This document shows positions 8,515 to 16,747 of a stretch of DNA of 39,448 bases, piece after piece (position 1 is the stretch's first letter; each line of letters opens with the position of its first letter). Under the pieces are notes generated by a model. It saw only the letters and a program-made list of their open reading frames with translations, was not told where the DNA came from and did not search any database. This DNA comes from a virus (taxonomy: Duplodnaviria > Caudoviricetes). Location: the IMG/VR virus record IMGVR_UViG_3300032129_000025, positions 1-39,448 of that record; one strand, written 5' to 3'. A program made the position numbers and the translations under genes.

Positions 8515-9022
8515 GCATGACTATTGGAGAAACCCTGGGGGCACATTGGAGTGCGCTTGTGGTGCTTCAAAGCGGCCGTTAGACCCTGCCCCGGATGTTC
8601 CTGTTGTGGAGCAGTGGCTGATTACAGCTCCGCAGTCGGTCTTCGAGGCGTTGATGGAAGTCGCGCAGGAGCGCTCGCGTCAGGATGCCCGCTGGGGCAT
8701 GCAGGACCACCCTGACGGCACTGGTAAGAAATCTGTTCCGCTGAATCGAATTGTCCACAATGGCCCAATTTCGGAACGCAGCGGATCGAATCACTTTGCG
8801 TTTGGACTGTCACTCATGGCGAAGCAGGCGACAGACCGCGCCGCAAAGGAAGGGATGGTGTCGTGGGCAGACATCTTGCTTGAGGAGGTTTTCGAGGCGA
8901 TGGCTGAGGAAGATCCGGTGAAGTTGGTGCAGGAGCTGACTCAGGTTGCTGCGGTTGCGGTGGCGTGGGTTGAGGCGATCGAGCGTAGGTTGCGGGAGTC
9001 CGGGACAGGACAGAGCGCATGA
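8501..9022 (+). CDS. MazG-like nucleotide pyrophosphohydrolase-fold protein
   Basis: ERSRQDARWG...ILLEEVFEA...QELTQVAAVAVAWVEAI (EExxE...ELxQ); GTG start chosen after AAGAAGG. Confidence 0.65.
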   Translation: MDVHEHDYWRNPGGTLECACGASKRPLDPAPDVPVVEQWLITAPQSVFEALMEVAQERSRQDARWGMQDHPDGTGKKSVPLNRIVHNGPISERSGSNHFAFGLSLMAKQATDRAAKEGMVSWADILLEEVFEAMAEEDPVKLVQELTQVAAVAVAWVEAIERRLRESGTGQSA

Positions 9023-9231
9023 AGCTACGCATCCCGAAAGTGGTCTTGGTGACTGCCGTCGAGCGCGCCCCACGCTTACTGACCGCAAACGTCTACTACG
9101 AGTCGCAGGTGATCGGTGTTGCCGTGCGCCTGTGGTCGCGCCGAGCGCCCGCCTACGGGCACCGGATGCTGTCGATCTTGTGGGCACGACCCACCGTCCC
9201 GCAATCGCACGGTTCAGAGGTGCAGAAATGA
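9019..9231 (+). CDS. Hypothetical protein
   Basis: ATGA coupling at both ends; ends in junction motif. Confidence 0.6.
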   Translation: MKLRIPKVVLVTAVERAPRLLTANVYYESQVIGVAVRLWSRRAPAYGHRMLSILWARPTVPQSHGSEVQK

Positions 9232-9449
9232 CGCACTACAGGAGCTTGGTGCAGACGTACTACTGCGACGGTCGAGGTGATAGCGGAGGTATCTGCATCG
9301 CTTCTTTTGAGACCCACTCCGGCACCGCCAAGGATGCGTGGCGGCAGGCCCGCGAAGACGGTTGGAAGAAGCACGGCAAAGGCCACCTGTGCCCGCGTCA
9401 CGACACGAACCCACAACCGCACGATTCAGAGACAGGACAGAGCGCATGA
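9228..9449 (+). CDS. Small Cys/His-containing hypothetical protein
   Basis: YYCDG...AREDGW...HLCPRH; GAGG RBS, ATGA coupling. Confidence 0.7.
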   Translation: MTHYRSLVQTYYCDGRGDSGGICIASFETHSGTAKDAWRQAREDGWKKHGKGHLCPRHDTNPQPHDSETGQSA

Positions 9450-9823
9450 GCCACACGATAGAGATCACTCGGCTTGCCGATGAGACTAGCGATGACGTGG
9501 AGTACGAGATATCAGGCACGTGCGACCAAAGTTGCAAGGTGTGGCGTGGTTGCGGGCGCCAGGCGTGCCAGCGGATGAATCCTGACTATGCGCCGTTCGA
9601 TGAGCGTCATCGTCACGGTGTTGAGCACCAGCGCATCGATGGTGAATGGATGGTCGAGACCAACGAGTGTGGCCTCCAATTCGCCTATGATCTTGCATCC
9701 AATGCTGGCGATGCCCCTGCGTGTGGAGTGTACTCGCTGCACGTTGATTGGAACGGCGACGCTTGGTTAACCGAAGTTGGCTACCTAAAACAGCATGATT
9801 CTGGGGAGGCCGAGCGTGGTTAG
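9446..9823 (+). CDS. Hypothetical protein
   Basis: ATGA coupling, AGGA RBS. Confidence 0.7.
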   Translation: MSHTIEITRLADETSDDVEYEISGTCDQSCKVWRGCGRQACQRMNPDYAPFDERHRHGVEHQRIDGEWMVETNECGLQFAYDLASNAGDAPACGVYSLHVDWNGDAWLTEVGYLKQHDSGEAERG

Positions 9824-10079
9824 TCGGAAGAATGCGGTCTATATCTGTGGCGGCGACGATCGTCCTGGTCCCCGTGACACTTGCCCGAACACGCTGCACG
9901 ACTGGCCCCTGCCTGCTGGGTATACAGATGCAGCTCAAGCAGCAGGATCTCGCCTACGCCGCGGGTGGGTGAACAAGCGTTGTCCCGATTGTCAGTTGTA
10001 CGGATGGGTTCCGGGCCGGCTCAATGGTGAAGCACCTACCCGTATGGAATCGCACGGTTCTGAGTCGGGCGGTGCCTGA
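9816..10079 (+). CDS. Small Cys-rich hypothetical protein
   Basis: GGAGG RBS before GTG; CP...H...CPDC. Confidence 0.65.
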   Translation: MVSRKNAVYICGGDDRPGPRDTCPNTLHDWPLPAGYTDAAQAAGSRLRRGWVNKRCPDCQLYGWVPGRLNGEAPTRMESHGSESGGA

Positions 10080-10519
10080 TGCCTCAGTTGTTGAAGCATT
10101 TGACGCCTGTGGCACGTAAGCCTCATCTGTGTGGTTCGTGTGGGGCAGTTGCTGTTCGTCCTGGTGAGCGGTATGACCGCTCGACGTATCTCTTTGATGG
10201 TTCGGTTTACGACTGGGTGTCGTGCCTGGCGTGTAAGGGCTTGGCGTCTGTGGTCTTCGACTGGGTGGTCGATCCGGATGAGGGCATCAGTCGTGACGAC
10301 TACCAGGGGTGGGCTACTGAGATGACCAACGATGTGGTGCATGGTGTAGCGGCTCGCGCGTGGCTATTCCGTGCAGGTGTCACCGTCCCGGATCCACCAA
10401 TCAACGAAACCCCAACCTCAGTACAGCTGCATCAACCTGATGCCCTCTTCAACCTCACCCCAAACCAAACAACAAAACCCGCGGCGCTCGCGGAATCAAT
10501 CAAGGAGACAGAGCGATGA
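10079..10519 (+). CDS. Zinc-finger hypothetical protein
   Basis: ARKPHLCGSCG...PGERY...CLAC. Confidence 0.7.
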   Translation: MPQLLKHLTPVARKPHLCGSCGAVAVRPGERYDRSTYLFDGSVYDWVSCLACKGLASVVFDWVVDPDEGISRDDYQGWATEMTNDVVHGVAARAWLFRAGVTVPDPPINETPTSVQLHQPDALFNLTPNQTTKPAALAESIKETER

Positions 10520-10941
10520 GTTCGACATTGACACATCAGTACACGGGAACGCTCACGATCATCGAGTGCGCGAGCTGTCATATGGACTTCGGGATGAAAC
10601 CGGAGTTCGTGCAGCAGCGTCGTGACGACCACAAGAACTTCTATTGCCCTCAAGGGCACGATCTCTGCTTTGGCGGCAGGTCAAAGGCGGAGCGGTTAGC
10701 CGAGCAGCTTGAGCGTGAGAAGCGGCTTCGTGGGTGGTCGGAGGCATCGCTCACAGCGGTGCGCGATCAGCTCGGCGCTACTGAGCGGAGTTTGGTTGGC
10801 CATAAGGCTGCCAAGACGCGGATCAAGAACCGGATCGCGGCCGGCGTATGCCCATGCTGTAACCGGTCGTTCCAGAACGTTGAGAAGCATATGTCTGGGC
10901 AGCATCCGGACTTTGCTCACAAGAAGGAAGAGGGCATCTGA
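10516..10941 (+). CDS. Zinc-finger/coiled-coil protein
   Basis: CASC...FYCPQGH...CPCCNRSF...HMSGQH; AAGGAG RBS. Confidence 0.75.
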   Translation: MSSTLTHQYTGTLTIIECASCHMDFGMKPEFVQQRRDDHKNFYCPQGHDLCFGGRSKAERLAEQLEREKRLRGWSEASLTAVRDQLGATERSLVGHKAAKTRIKNRIAAGVCPCCNRSFQNVEKHMSGQHPDFAHKKEEGI

Positions 10942-11444
10942 TGGCCGGCGAAACCGTGATCTGTGTTGTGGGGAATCTGACGGCGGATCCTGAGTTGCGG
11001 TATACGCAGGGTGGTTTGGCGGTGGCGAACTTCACGATCGCATCTACGCCTCGAAACTTCGACCGGGCATCGAGTGAGTGGAAGGACGGTGAGGCTCTGT
11101 TCTTGCGTGCGTCTTGTTGGCGTGAGTTCGCGGAGCATGTTGCGAGCTCGCTGACTAAGGGAACCCGTGTTGTTGCGCAGGGTCGTCTTCGTCAGCGTTC
11201 CTACGAAACCAAGGAGGGGGAGAAGCGCACGAGCATGGAACTGGAGATCGACGAAGTCGGTCCCAGCCTCCGTTATGCAACGGCGCAGGTAACCCGTGCA
11301 CCCCGTGATAGCTCGGCCCCTCGTGGCGCCCAGCAGAACGGTGGCGGACAGCCAAACGAAGAGCCGTGGGCGGCTAGCGCTCCCACAGCCTCTGGCGACG
11401 TATGGAACACCCCAAGCAACTACTCCGACGAAACACCTTTCTAG
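10941..11444 (+). CDS. ssb: Single-stranded DNA-binding protein
   Basis: [28 protein letters not shown], acidic DETPF tip; actinobacterial host-like SSB. Confidence 0.97.
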   Translation: MAGETVICVVGNLTADPELRYTQGGLAVANFTIASTPRNFDRASSEWKDGEALFLRASCWREFAEHVASSLTKGTRVVAQGRLRQRSYETKEGEKRTSMELEIDEVGPSLRYATAQVTRAPRDSSAPRGAQQNGGGQPNEEPWAASAPTASGDVWNTPSNYSDETPF

Positions 11445-11454
11445 GGAGAATGCG

Positions 11455-12123
11455 ATGTCGAAAGATGTTTCTATCACCGACCTGATTGCGCGGATGCGGC
11501 ATGATTTCGAGCCGTCGAATTTGTTTGCCAATGCCTCGCTCGAAGTGGTGATGAGCACGGCGGCGGATGCTTTGGAGAACAACCAGAACACTTTGAATTA
11601 TGACCGCGACTACATCAAGCGCTTAGAGGCGAAGATTTCCGCTTTGGAGGCTGTCACCGTACCGACCGAGACTGATGTTTGGGAATCGAAGCCAGATGGC
11701 CGTATAGGTATGACGGATTCTGCAAAGGCTAAGTGGGCTGCGATTCAGGCCGTACCGACCGAGAACGACGAATGGCCACTAAAGGCTGCATTGGACGCTC
11801 TTGACCGGGAAGAGAACTGGTCACGCGATCCTGATTCAAATGGTTGGGTTTATGACATTCAAGGCGGAGCACGGTCGATCATTGCTTCTGGTTTCCGTCT
11901 CCCTGTCCCGGTAGAGCCTGAATGGGAGTACGGCTTTAGTGCTGATGGTGGGATGGTGGTTGATCGTGCGTTCGGGATTATCCCGTTTGAGACTGCCGAG
12001 GCGGCTGAGCACACGGGATCTAAGTGGTTTGAGAGAACGCTTGACATTGTCCGCCGTACGAAGGGTGTCCCTGCTGGCGAGTGGCAACCTGTGGCATCCG
12101 ACGAGTTGGAGGGTACGAGCTGA
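11455..12123 (+). CDS. Modular hypothetical protein
   Basis: GGGAG RBS; internal 15-bp repeat. Confidence 0.7.
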   Translation: MSKDVSITDLIARMRHDFEPSNLFANASLEVVMSTAADALENNQNTLNYDRDYIKRLEAKISALEAVTVPTETDVWESKPDGRIGMTDSAKAKWAAIQAVPTENDEWPLKAALDALDREENWSRDPDSNGWVYDIQGGARSIIASGFRLPVPVEPEWEYGFSADGGMVVDRAFGIIPFETAEAAEHTGSKWFERTLDIVRRTKGVPAGEWQPVASDELEGTS

Positions 12124-12413
12124 TGGGTAATAACGATGTTGCTGAGCAGCTCACGGTTGCGATTGAGGATTGTATTCGGACAGAGCGGGCGCTCGCAGCG
12201 ATGGAGACTCTGTTTTCAGGTGAGTTGGCGCGCATGCAGTCGACGGATGCTGTGTTGCGTGGGATTCACGTGATGGAGTTGTTTGGTGACTGCGTGGAGG
12301 ATGGGCAGAGGTTCCCGTGTCGCACTGTTCGGGTGCTGAATGTGGTGAGGGATCACAATCCGCCGGTGGTGCCTGAGGGGTCGCCTGTTGACGGTGAGGG
12401 TGATACCCAGTGA
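12123..12413 (+). CDS. Hypothetical protein
   Basis: TGATG coupling; H...CVED...FPCRT motif. Confidence 0.65.
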   Translation: MGNNDVAEQLTVAIEDCIRTERALAAMETLFSGELARMQSTDAVLRGIHVMELFGDCVEDGQRFPCRTVRVLNVVRDHNPPVVPEGSPVDGEGDTQ

Positions 12414-12655
12414 ACCACGTCGTCAAGCATGAAGCCCGTGTCTATTACGGCGACTGGCATGCCTTCGCGTATTGCGTCACGGAGGGTTGTGGGTGGGAGG
12501 GTCCGCATTCGAACCTCTATTTCGCGCATGGCCGAGACCTCACAGGGAAGTCACATTCCGATTATGCGCGAAAGCATGAACGAAAAATGAACCGTCGTTG
12601 GAGGCGCTTGCTCTCACGTCTCGTCAACAGCAAAACCTTGAGAGGCACCTCATGA
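12410..12655 (+). CDS. Hypothetical protein
   Basis: GTGA and ATGA coupling. Confidence 0.6.
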   Translation: MNHVVKHEARVYYGDWHAFAYCVTEGCGWEGPHSNLYFAHGRDLTGKSHSDYARKHERKMNRRWRRLLSRLVNSKTLRGTS

Positions 12656-12903
12656 CCACCCGGCCGCGTACTCGACGTTATTTCCCGAGGATGAAGGTCC
12701 GTGGTGCTCGTCGTCGGTGGCAGGTCGAGGCTGATTCTCAGCGCAGAGATTTGCTGGGGCTGCAGGCGGCGTATGAAGCGTTCATGCATTCGCTCGTGCC
12801 GTCAGTGTTTCAGTGGGCGACGTTCGATAGGTGGTTGGATCGCGTGTCGGCGGATCAGGGCATACAAGGTGTTCAGGAACATGATGTGAAGGGTGTGGAG
12901 TGA
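12652..12903 (+). CDS. Hypothetical protein
   Basis: ATGA coupling, GAGG RBS. Confidence 0.55.
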   Translation: MTTRPRTRRYFPRMKVRGARRRWQVEADSQRRDLLGLQAAYEAFMHSLVPSVFQWATFDRWLDRVSADQGIQGVQEHDVKGVE

Positions 12904-13595
12904 TGAATTCTGAGTTGAGTGAGCTTCTTTTGGCGGTTGATGCGTTGACGAGGCCTGTGGTGGTGGCGCAGTGGCAGGGCGAGGTGGGTGAGCGCACTAT
13001 TTTCAAGCGGACTGATGAGCCGTTGTTGGTGCAGTTGCGGTTGGCGATTCATAACAATATTGGTGGGTCTGGTGGGGGGAAGCAGGCTCGTGAGCGGACT
13101 CCGTTGGATGTGGGGGCGTTTGCGTTGTTTGAGGATATTGATGGGCGGGTGCGTTCGTGGTTGTCTGATTTGGGTGGTCGTGTGGGGAAGGATTTGACTA
13201 CGGAGGCGGTGTTGCGGGCGTGGTACGTGTTGTGGTCTGCGGGGCCGCATAGGTCGCTGTTGGTGGAGCGGTACACGGACATGTTGGAGGGGTGGGCTCA
13301 GCAGATCAAGGACAAGTTGGATCCGCCGGCGCAGATTGAGATTACGGCTCCGTGTCCTGTGTGTGGGGTGGAGTGGCTGAATGTTGGTTTGAAGCTTCCG
13401 GACGGCAGTGATGATCCGAATGATGTTGAGCGGCTCCGTGTTCTCGCGGCTGTTGAGCGGGAGAACATGGATGATTCGTTTGCGATGTGTAAGTCGTGTA
13501 ATCGGGTGTGGCGGGGCGTTGGTCAGATGCGGGCGCTCAGAATCGCAATGGATGATCGGGAGTCTGCGAGCGCCGAGGGTGGTGGGGTCGCGTGA
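12900..13595 (+). CDS. Zinc-ribbon protein, possible late-gene regulator
   Basis: CPVC...CKSC; position near the end of the early arm; function inferred. Confidence 0.6.
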   Translation: MMNSELSELLLAVDALTRPVVVAQWQGEVGERTIFKRTDEPLLVQLRLAIHNNIGGSGGGKQARERTPLDVGAFALFEDIDGRVRSWLSDLGGRVGKDLTTEAVLRAWYVLWSAGPHRSLLVERYTDMLEGWAQQIKDKLDPPAQIEITAPCPVCGVEWLNVGLKLPDGSDDPNDVERLRVLAAVERENMDDSFAMCKSCNRVWRGVGQMRALRIAMDDRESASAEGGGVA

Positions 13596-13849
13596 GTGCG
13601 CAATTCGTCGCTCGAGGTAGACGACATGTTGACATCCGGGGCGTTGGCAAGTGCCTGCAGAGTGAGGGGTGGCATGTGTATGCCGCTGGTCCGTGTTTCG
13701 TGTCGACGGAAGAGGCGATCGCCTACAGGGATCGGTTGGACTTCGCTGAGGAAGTGTATTGGCCATCGGATAAGCCGTGGCCACCGAACCCGCCGCAGGG
13801 GTGGATCAATCCGCGCTCGCAGCAGCCTGAGAAGGGAGAGCGCTCGTGA
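13592..13849 (+). CDS. Hypothetical protein
   Basis: GTGA coupling at both ends. Confidence 0.6.
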   Translation: MSAQFVARGRRHVDIRGVGKCLQSEGWHVYAAGPCFVSTEEAIAYRDRLDFAEEVYWPSDKPWPPNPPQGWINPRSQQPEKGERS

Positions 13850-14343
13850 GGCTGAATGGGTTTCAGTGGCGGTCGGAGAATGTGTTGGCTGAGGGTAAGC
13901 GTGATGGCAGTGTGGAGGTGTCGGTTCGGATCAATGGTGTTGCGATGTCGTCGACGTTGGACACGCTGGCGGCGGATGATTTGGCGAAGTTCATCATTGA
14001 TCAGGGGATAGCGCATCGGGCGGCGTTGAGGGAGCAGGATCAGATGGTGGAGCGTCTCTTGGAGCCTGCATTGCCGCCTCATCTCGCGCGGTTTTACGGA
14101 TTCGATCGTGAGCAGCTCGCTATGGCGGTGGAGCTCGTCACGACGACTCAGTTCGGTTCGAGGTCGATGATCCAGCGTCGGCTTCGTGTTGGGTTTGCGA
14201 AGGCGGGTCGGATCATGGACGAGTTGGAGCGTCTCGGGGTATTGGCGCCGGAGACCCAGCCGGCCAAAGCTCGCGACGTCCTCGTATCGCCCGGCTGGCG
14301 ACTGCCTGAAGCGAGCGCCGATGGGAAGGGGGATAGCGCATGA
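13846..14343 (+). CDS. Protein with C-terminal FtsK gamma (winged-helix) domain
   Basis: AVELVTTTQFGSRSMIQRRLRVGFAKAGRIMDELERLGVL...KARDVLV closely matches actinobacterial FtsK-gamma. Confidence 0.85.
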   Translation: MRLNGFQWRSENVLAEGKRDGSVEVSVRINGVAMSSTLDTLAADDLAKFIIDQGIAHRAALREQDQMVERLLEPALPPHLARFYGFDREQLAMAVELVTTTQFGSRSMIQRRLRVGFAKAGRIMDELERLGVLAPETQPAKARDVLVSPGWRLPEASADGKGDSA

Positions 14344-14534
14344 GGTACTTTCCGGCTTTTTGTAAGCACCGTCACACGCGTTGCGTGCACGGTGACGAGA
14401 TCATTCACCGCAACTTCCGCCGCATTGCGTGTCTGGATTGTGATCGAAGCCTGAAGGGTCCGTTGCCCGCGTATTGCTATGTGACTGGTGATTACCACCT
14501 GGGCATGGAAGAGACGGGTGAGCAGAGTGCCTGA
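14340..14534 (+). CDS. Small Cys/His-rich protein
   Basis: CKH...CVHGDEII...CLDC; ATGA coupling. Confidence 0.65.
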   Translation: MRYFPAFCKHRHTRCVHGDEIIHRNFRRIACLDCDRSLKGPLPAYCYVTGDYHLGMEETGEQSA

Positions 14535-14748
14535 GCAGCTGCAGGAGGCGCTCGCTGCACGCGATCGAGTATTCGCTGCAGCTCAAGCCGAAATCGACAA
14601 CCTGGACAAAGCCCGCGCTAACGGAACGGCCTACACCTATGGGCAAATCCAAGAACGGCTGCGGGCAGCACTCACCCCACAACCCGAAACAACAACAACC
14701 CCGGCGCTCGCGGGAGTCCGCGACGAGTCGTCAACTAAGAAAGGATGA
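14527..14748 (+). CDS. Hypothetical protein
   Basis: GTG start overlapping upstream gene; ATGA coupling downstream. Confidence 0.55.
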   Translation: MPEQLQEALAARDRVFAAAQAEIDNLDKARANGTAYTYGQIQERLRAALTPQPETTTTPALAGVRDESSTKKG

Positions 14749-14936
14749 AGTCGATGGATCCGAATAACGGAAGGCTCTACCCATCTGTCGAGCATGCTCG
14801 TGCTGAGGGGGTCGAAGAACCTGTCGAGATAGTTGGAACGCCAGATGCGGTGAGCCGAATCTCGGCGGCCGTTCGTGCTCAACACCAGGCCAAGCGAAAA
14901 GCTCAAAAGAAAGCTAGGAAGGCACACCGTGGTTGA
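14745..14936 (+). CDS. Hypothetical protein with basic C-terminus
   Basis: ATGA coupling; last gene before the large intergenic region. Confidence 0.6.
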   Translation: MKSMDPNNGRLYPSVEHARAEGVEEPVEIVGTPDAVSRISAAVRAQHQAKRKAQKKARKAHRG

Positions 14937-14961
14937 GGGCGACACGCCGCAACGAATGTAG

Positions 14962-14991
14962 TTGCTGAGGTCGGCTGACAGGCAATAGAAT
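14962..14991 (+). promoter_or_regulatory. Candidate late promoter
   Basis: TTGCTG-N18-TAGAAT at the start of the ~390-bp intergenic region before the packaging genes. Confidence 0.5.
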
Positions 14992-14997
14992 GTGGGT

Positions 14998-15044
14998 GCG
15001 CTGGTTCACCGTCTCTTCTGACGGGACCGGCGCTTTCGCATTTC
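14998..15044 (+). terminator. Promoter-proximal hairpin/terminator (attenuator)
   Basis: GCGCTGGTTC-A-CCGTC-tcttct-GACGG-GACCGGCGC followed by TTTCGCATTTCT. Confidence 0.55.
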
Positions 15045-15303
15045 TAGTCTTCGGCACTCGCTCCCGACCCTTTCTCTGATAGCAGCGGGCTTCGCGCATG
15101 TGCCGTTCATCTTCCACGTCAACACTTCGGTGAAGGGCGCTACCTCAATCCGGTTCCTGACTTCCCGGTTGGCGTACCTGCGTGGATCCTTCTTCGGTCG
15201 CTACCCGAAGGATGGCCAGCATCACCGCTGGATACAAACGCAGCCGAGCGCTGCCATAGACGACGATGGGGTGTCTGCCTGCCTTCGTGGGCATCCTGTC
15301 GTC
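14998..15303 (+). ncRNA. Putative structured late-leader RNA
   Basis: At least four hairpins, including a 17-bp G-U-rich stem at 15262-15303; no convincing ORF. Confidence 0.4.
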
Positions 15304-15327
15304 GGCAACCTCAAGGGAGAGGTGCAC

Positions 15328-15414
15328 GTGTCTGACCCATATATCTGTTCTCATTGTGGGCACCGTTATGTGGTTCCATCAATTGCCCGGGACTGTGAAA
15401 GGCGCAACCGATGA
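15328..15414 (+). CDS. Small Cys-containing peptide (28 aa)
   Basis: GAGAGG RBS, GTG start, CSHC...C, ATGA coupling to next gene. Confidence 0.55.
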   Translation: MSDPYICSHCGHRYVVPSIARDCERRNR

Positions 15415-15665
15415 TCCTCGAAACGACGGTCAAGCGCTACACAGCAGTATGCGATTCATGCGGATGGAAATCTAGCCCAAACCCTCGTGAGGTATACGCG
15501 GAGCACGACCTAGACATTCACAAGTGTGGAGATCACCGTGAAGAGCACAACAGCACAGGTGGTTTCCGGGGCATTCTCGGCGGCTATAACCGTCGCTGCG
15601 TATGTGGCAGTCATTATATCAGCGATGTTCCGGATGAGTTTCGTTGCCCAAAGGACGACCAATGA
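15411..15665 (+). CDS. Small Cys/His-rich protein
   Basis: CDSCGW...HKC...CVCG; coupled at both ends. Confidence 0.65.
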   Translation: MILETTVKRYTAVCDSCGWKSSPNPREVYAEHDLDIHKCGDHREEHNSTGGFRGILGGYNRRCVCGSHYISDVPDEFRCPKDDQ

Positions 15666-15850
15666 CTGACTTCGTTGGCCCTAATGGTGAAGAGTTCTCT
15701 ACCGGGTCAATACGCATCAACTTCACCCGTGCTGTGCAAGAAGCCGCTAACCGCACCATCACCCACAACGAGCAAGAAACCCTACACGGAACAACCGTAT
15801 GGGTACCTGAAGGCCACATCTTCTTCACCTGCCCCGCACCGAAAGCGTAA
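15662..15850 (+). CDS. Hypothetical protein
   Basis: AAGGA RBS, ATGA coupling. Confidence 0.6.
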   Translation: MTDFVGPNGEEFSTGSIRINFTRAVQEAANRTITHNEQETLHGTTVWVPEGHIFFTCPAPKA

Positions 15851-16067
15851 GAGCTTGCCGTTGCGGTGGGGCTTCTTACGTTGGAGGTGCACATGGCCGC
15901 TGATTCGTATCGGGGCCTCTCCCGAGAGTCAGCCGCGAACCTTACGGTGATCAACCGCTCAACTCGTTCGACATCTCGGGAGATAGCCACTTCGCCGCAT
16001 ACAGCTAGGCGACTCGCTTGCGCGCCCGTCAACGTTCAGAGTCTACGACACACATAGGGGCGACGCC

Positions 16068-16388
16068 ATGGCCAGGACGAACACCCGCCGGATGAACCTC
16101 CTGCGTGACGAGTTCTTCGAGACAGCCCGCGCACAGTCGCAGTCGTCCGATCCAGATGTGCGGGCGCTGTCCGACTGCTGGCTTTGCAAGATGCCGATCG
16201 ACTACGTCGCCGACCCACACACCACGCCAGACAGTCACAACCTCGACCACTACAAGGTAGTCCGCGACTTCCCAGAGTTGCAGGAAGACCCGAGCAACTT
16301 TCGGCATGCTCATCGAGCATGCAACCAAGGGCGCGGGGCCAACACGCCAGCCCTCGGCCTGGGCGCTGCAGTTGCCGACTGGTGGTGA
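16068..16388 (+). CDS. HNH endonuclease (terminase-associated)
   Basis: CWLC...NLDH...NFRHAHRACNQGRG, just upstream of terminase. Confidence 0.88.
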   Translation: MARTNTRRMNLLRDEFFETARAQSQSSDPDVRALSDCWLCKMPIDYVADPHTTPDSHNLDHYKVVRDFPELQEDPSNFRHAHRACNQGRGANTPALGLGAAVADWW

Positions 16389-16747
16389 ACATAATGACAG
16401 GAGAACCGACCATGGCCGCACTGCTACCCATTACTGGAACTGTGAGCGTCACCTTCGACGGGTGCGAAGCGACAGCTCTCGGAACGTTCAGCATCCCAGT
16501 CACCGCGAGCATCGACGCCGCGACCGGCATACACCACCTCGCCGCCGCAACCGACGAGGCGATCATCACCGCGATGGCCGAAGCGCTCAGGTCCACGGCA
16601 GACCAGATCCTCGCCACCCTCCCGACGGCAGTAGCCGAGACCATCGCTATCTGCCCGACCTGTGGTGCTGAGCTCGGAGTAATGGACGCCTCGATCACTA
16701 TTGAGCACAGCATCAACGGGCAGCACATCGAGAACCACCGATACTGA
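16385..16747 (+). CDS. Hypothetical protein
   Basis: GTGA coupling (alternative ATG starts at 16394 and 16412); C-terminal CPTC...H...H. Confidence 0.6.
   Translation: MNIMTGEPTMAALLPITGTVSVTFDGCEATALGTFSIPVTASIDAATGIHHLAAATDEAIITAMAEALRSTADQILATLPTAVAETIAICPTCGAELGVMDASITIEHSINGQHIENHRY

Larger units (their letters stand above)
9004..9449 (+). repeat. 19-bp exact direct repeat GACAGGACAGAGCGCATGA (9004-9022, 9431-9449) flanking two genes
   Basis: Read directly; each copy contains an RBS and the stop/start overlap. Confidence 0.85.
9203..10064 (+). repeat. Four copies of 17-bp gene-junction motif AAYMGCAYGRTTCWGRG
   Basis: 9203-9219 AATCGCACGGTTCAGAG, 9415-9431 AACCGCACGATTCAGAG, 9789-9805 AACAGCATGATTCTGGG, 10048-10064 AATCGCACGGTTCTGAG. 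Confidence 0.8.

Noticed and set aside
9203-10064. Junction motif as LexA/SOS box
   Set aside because: The actinobacterial SOS box is GAAC-N4-GTTC; this dyad has different spacing and lies in gene ends, not promoters.
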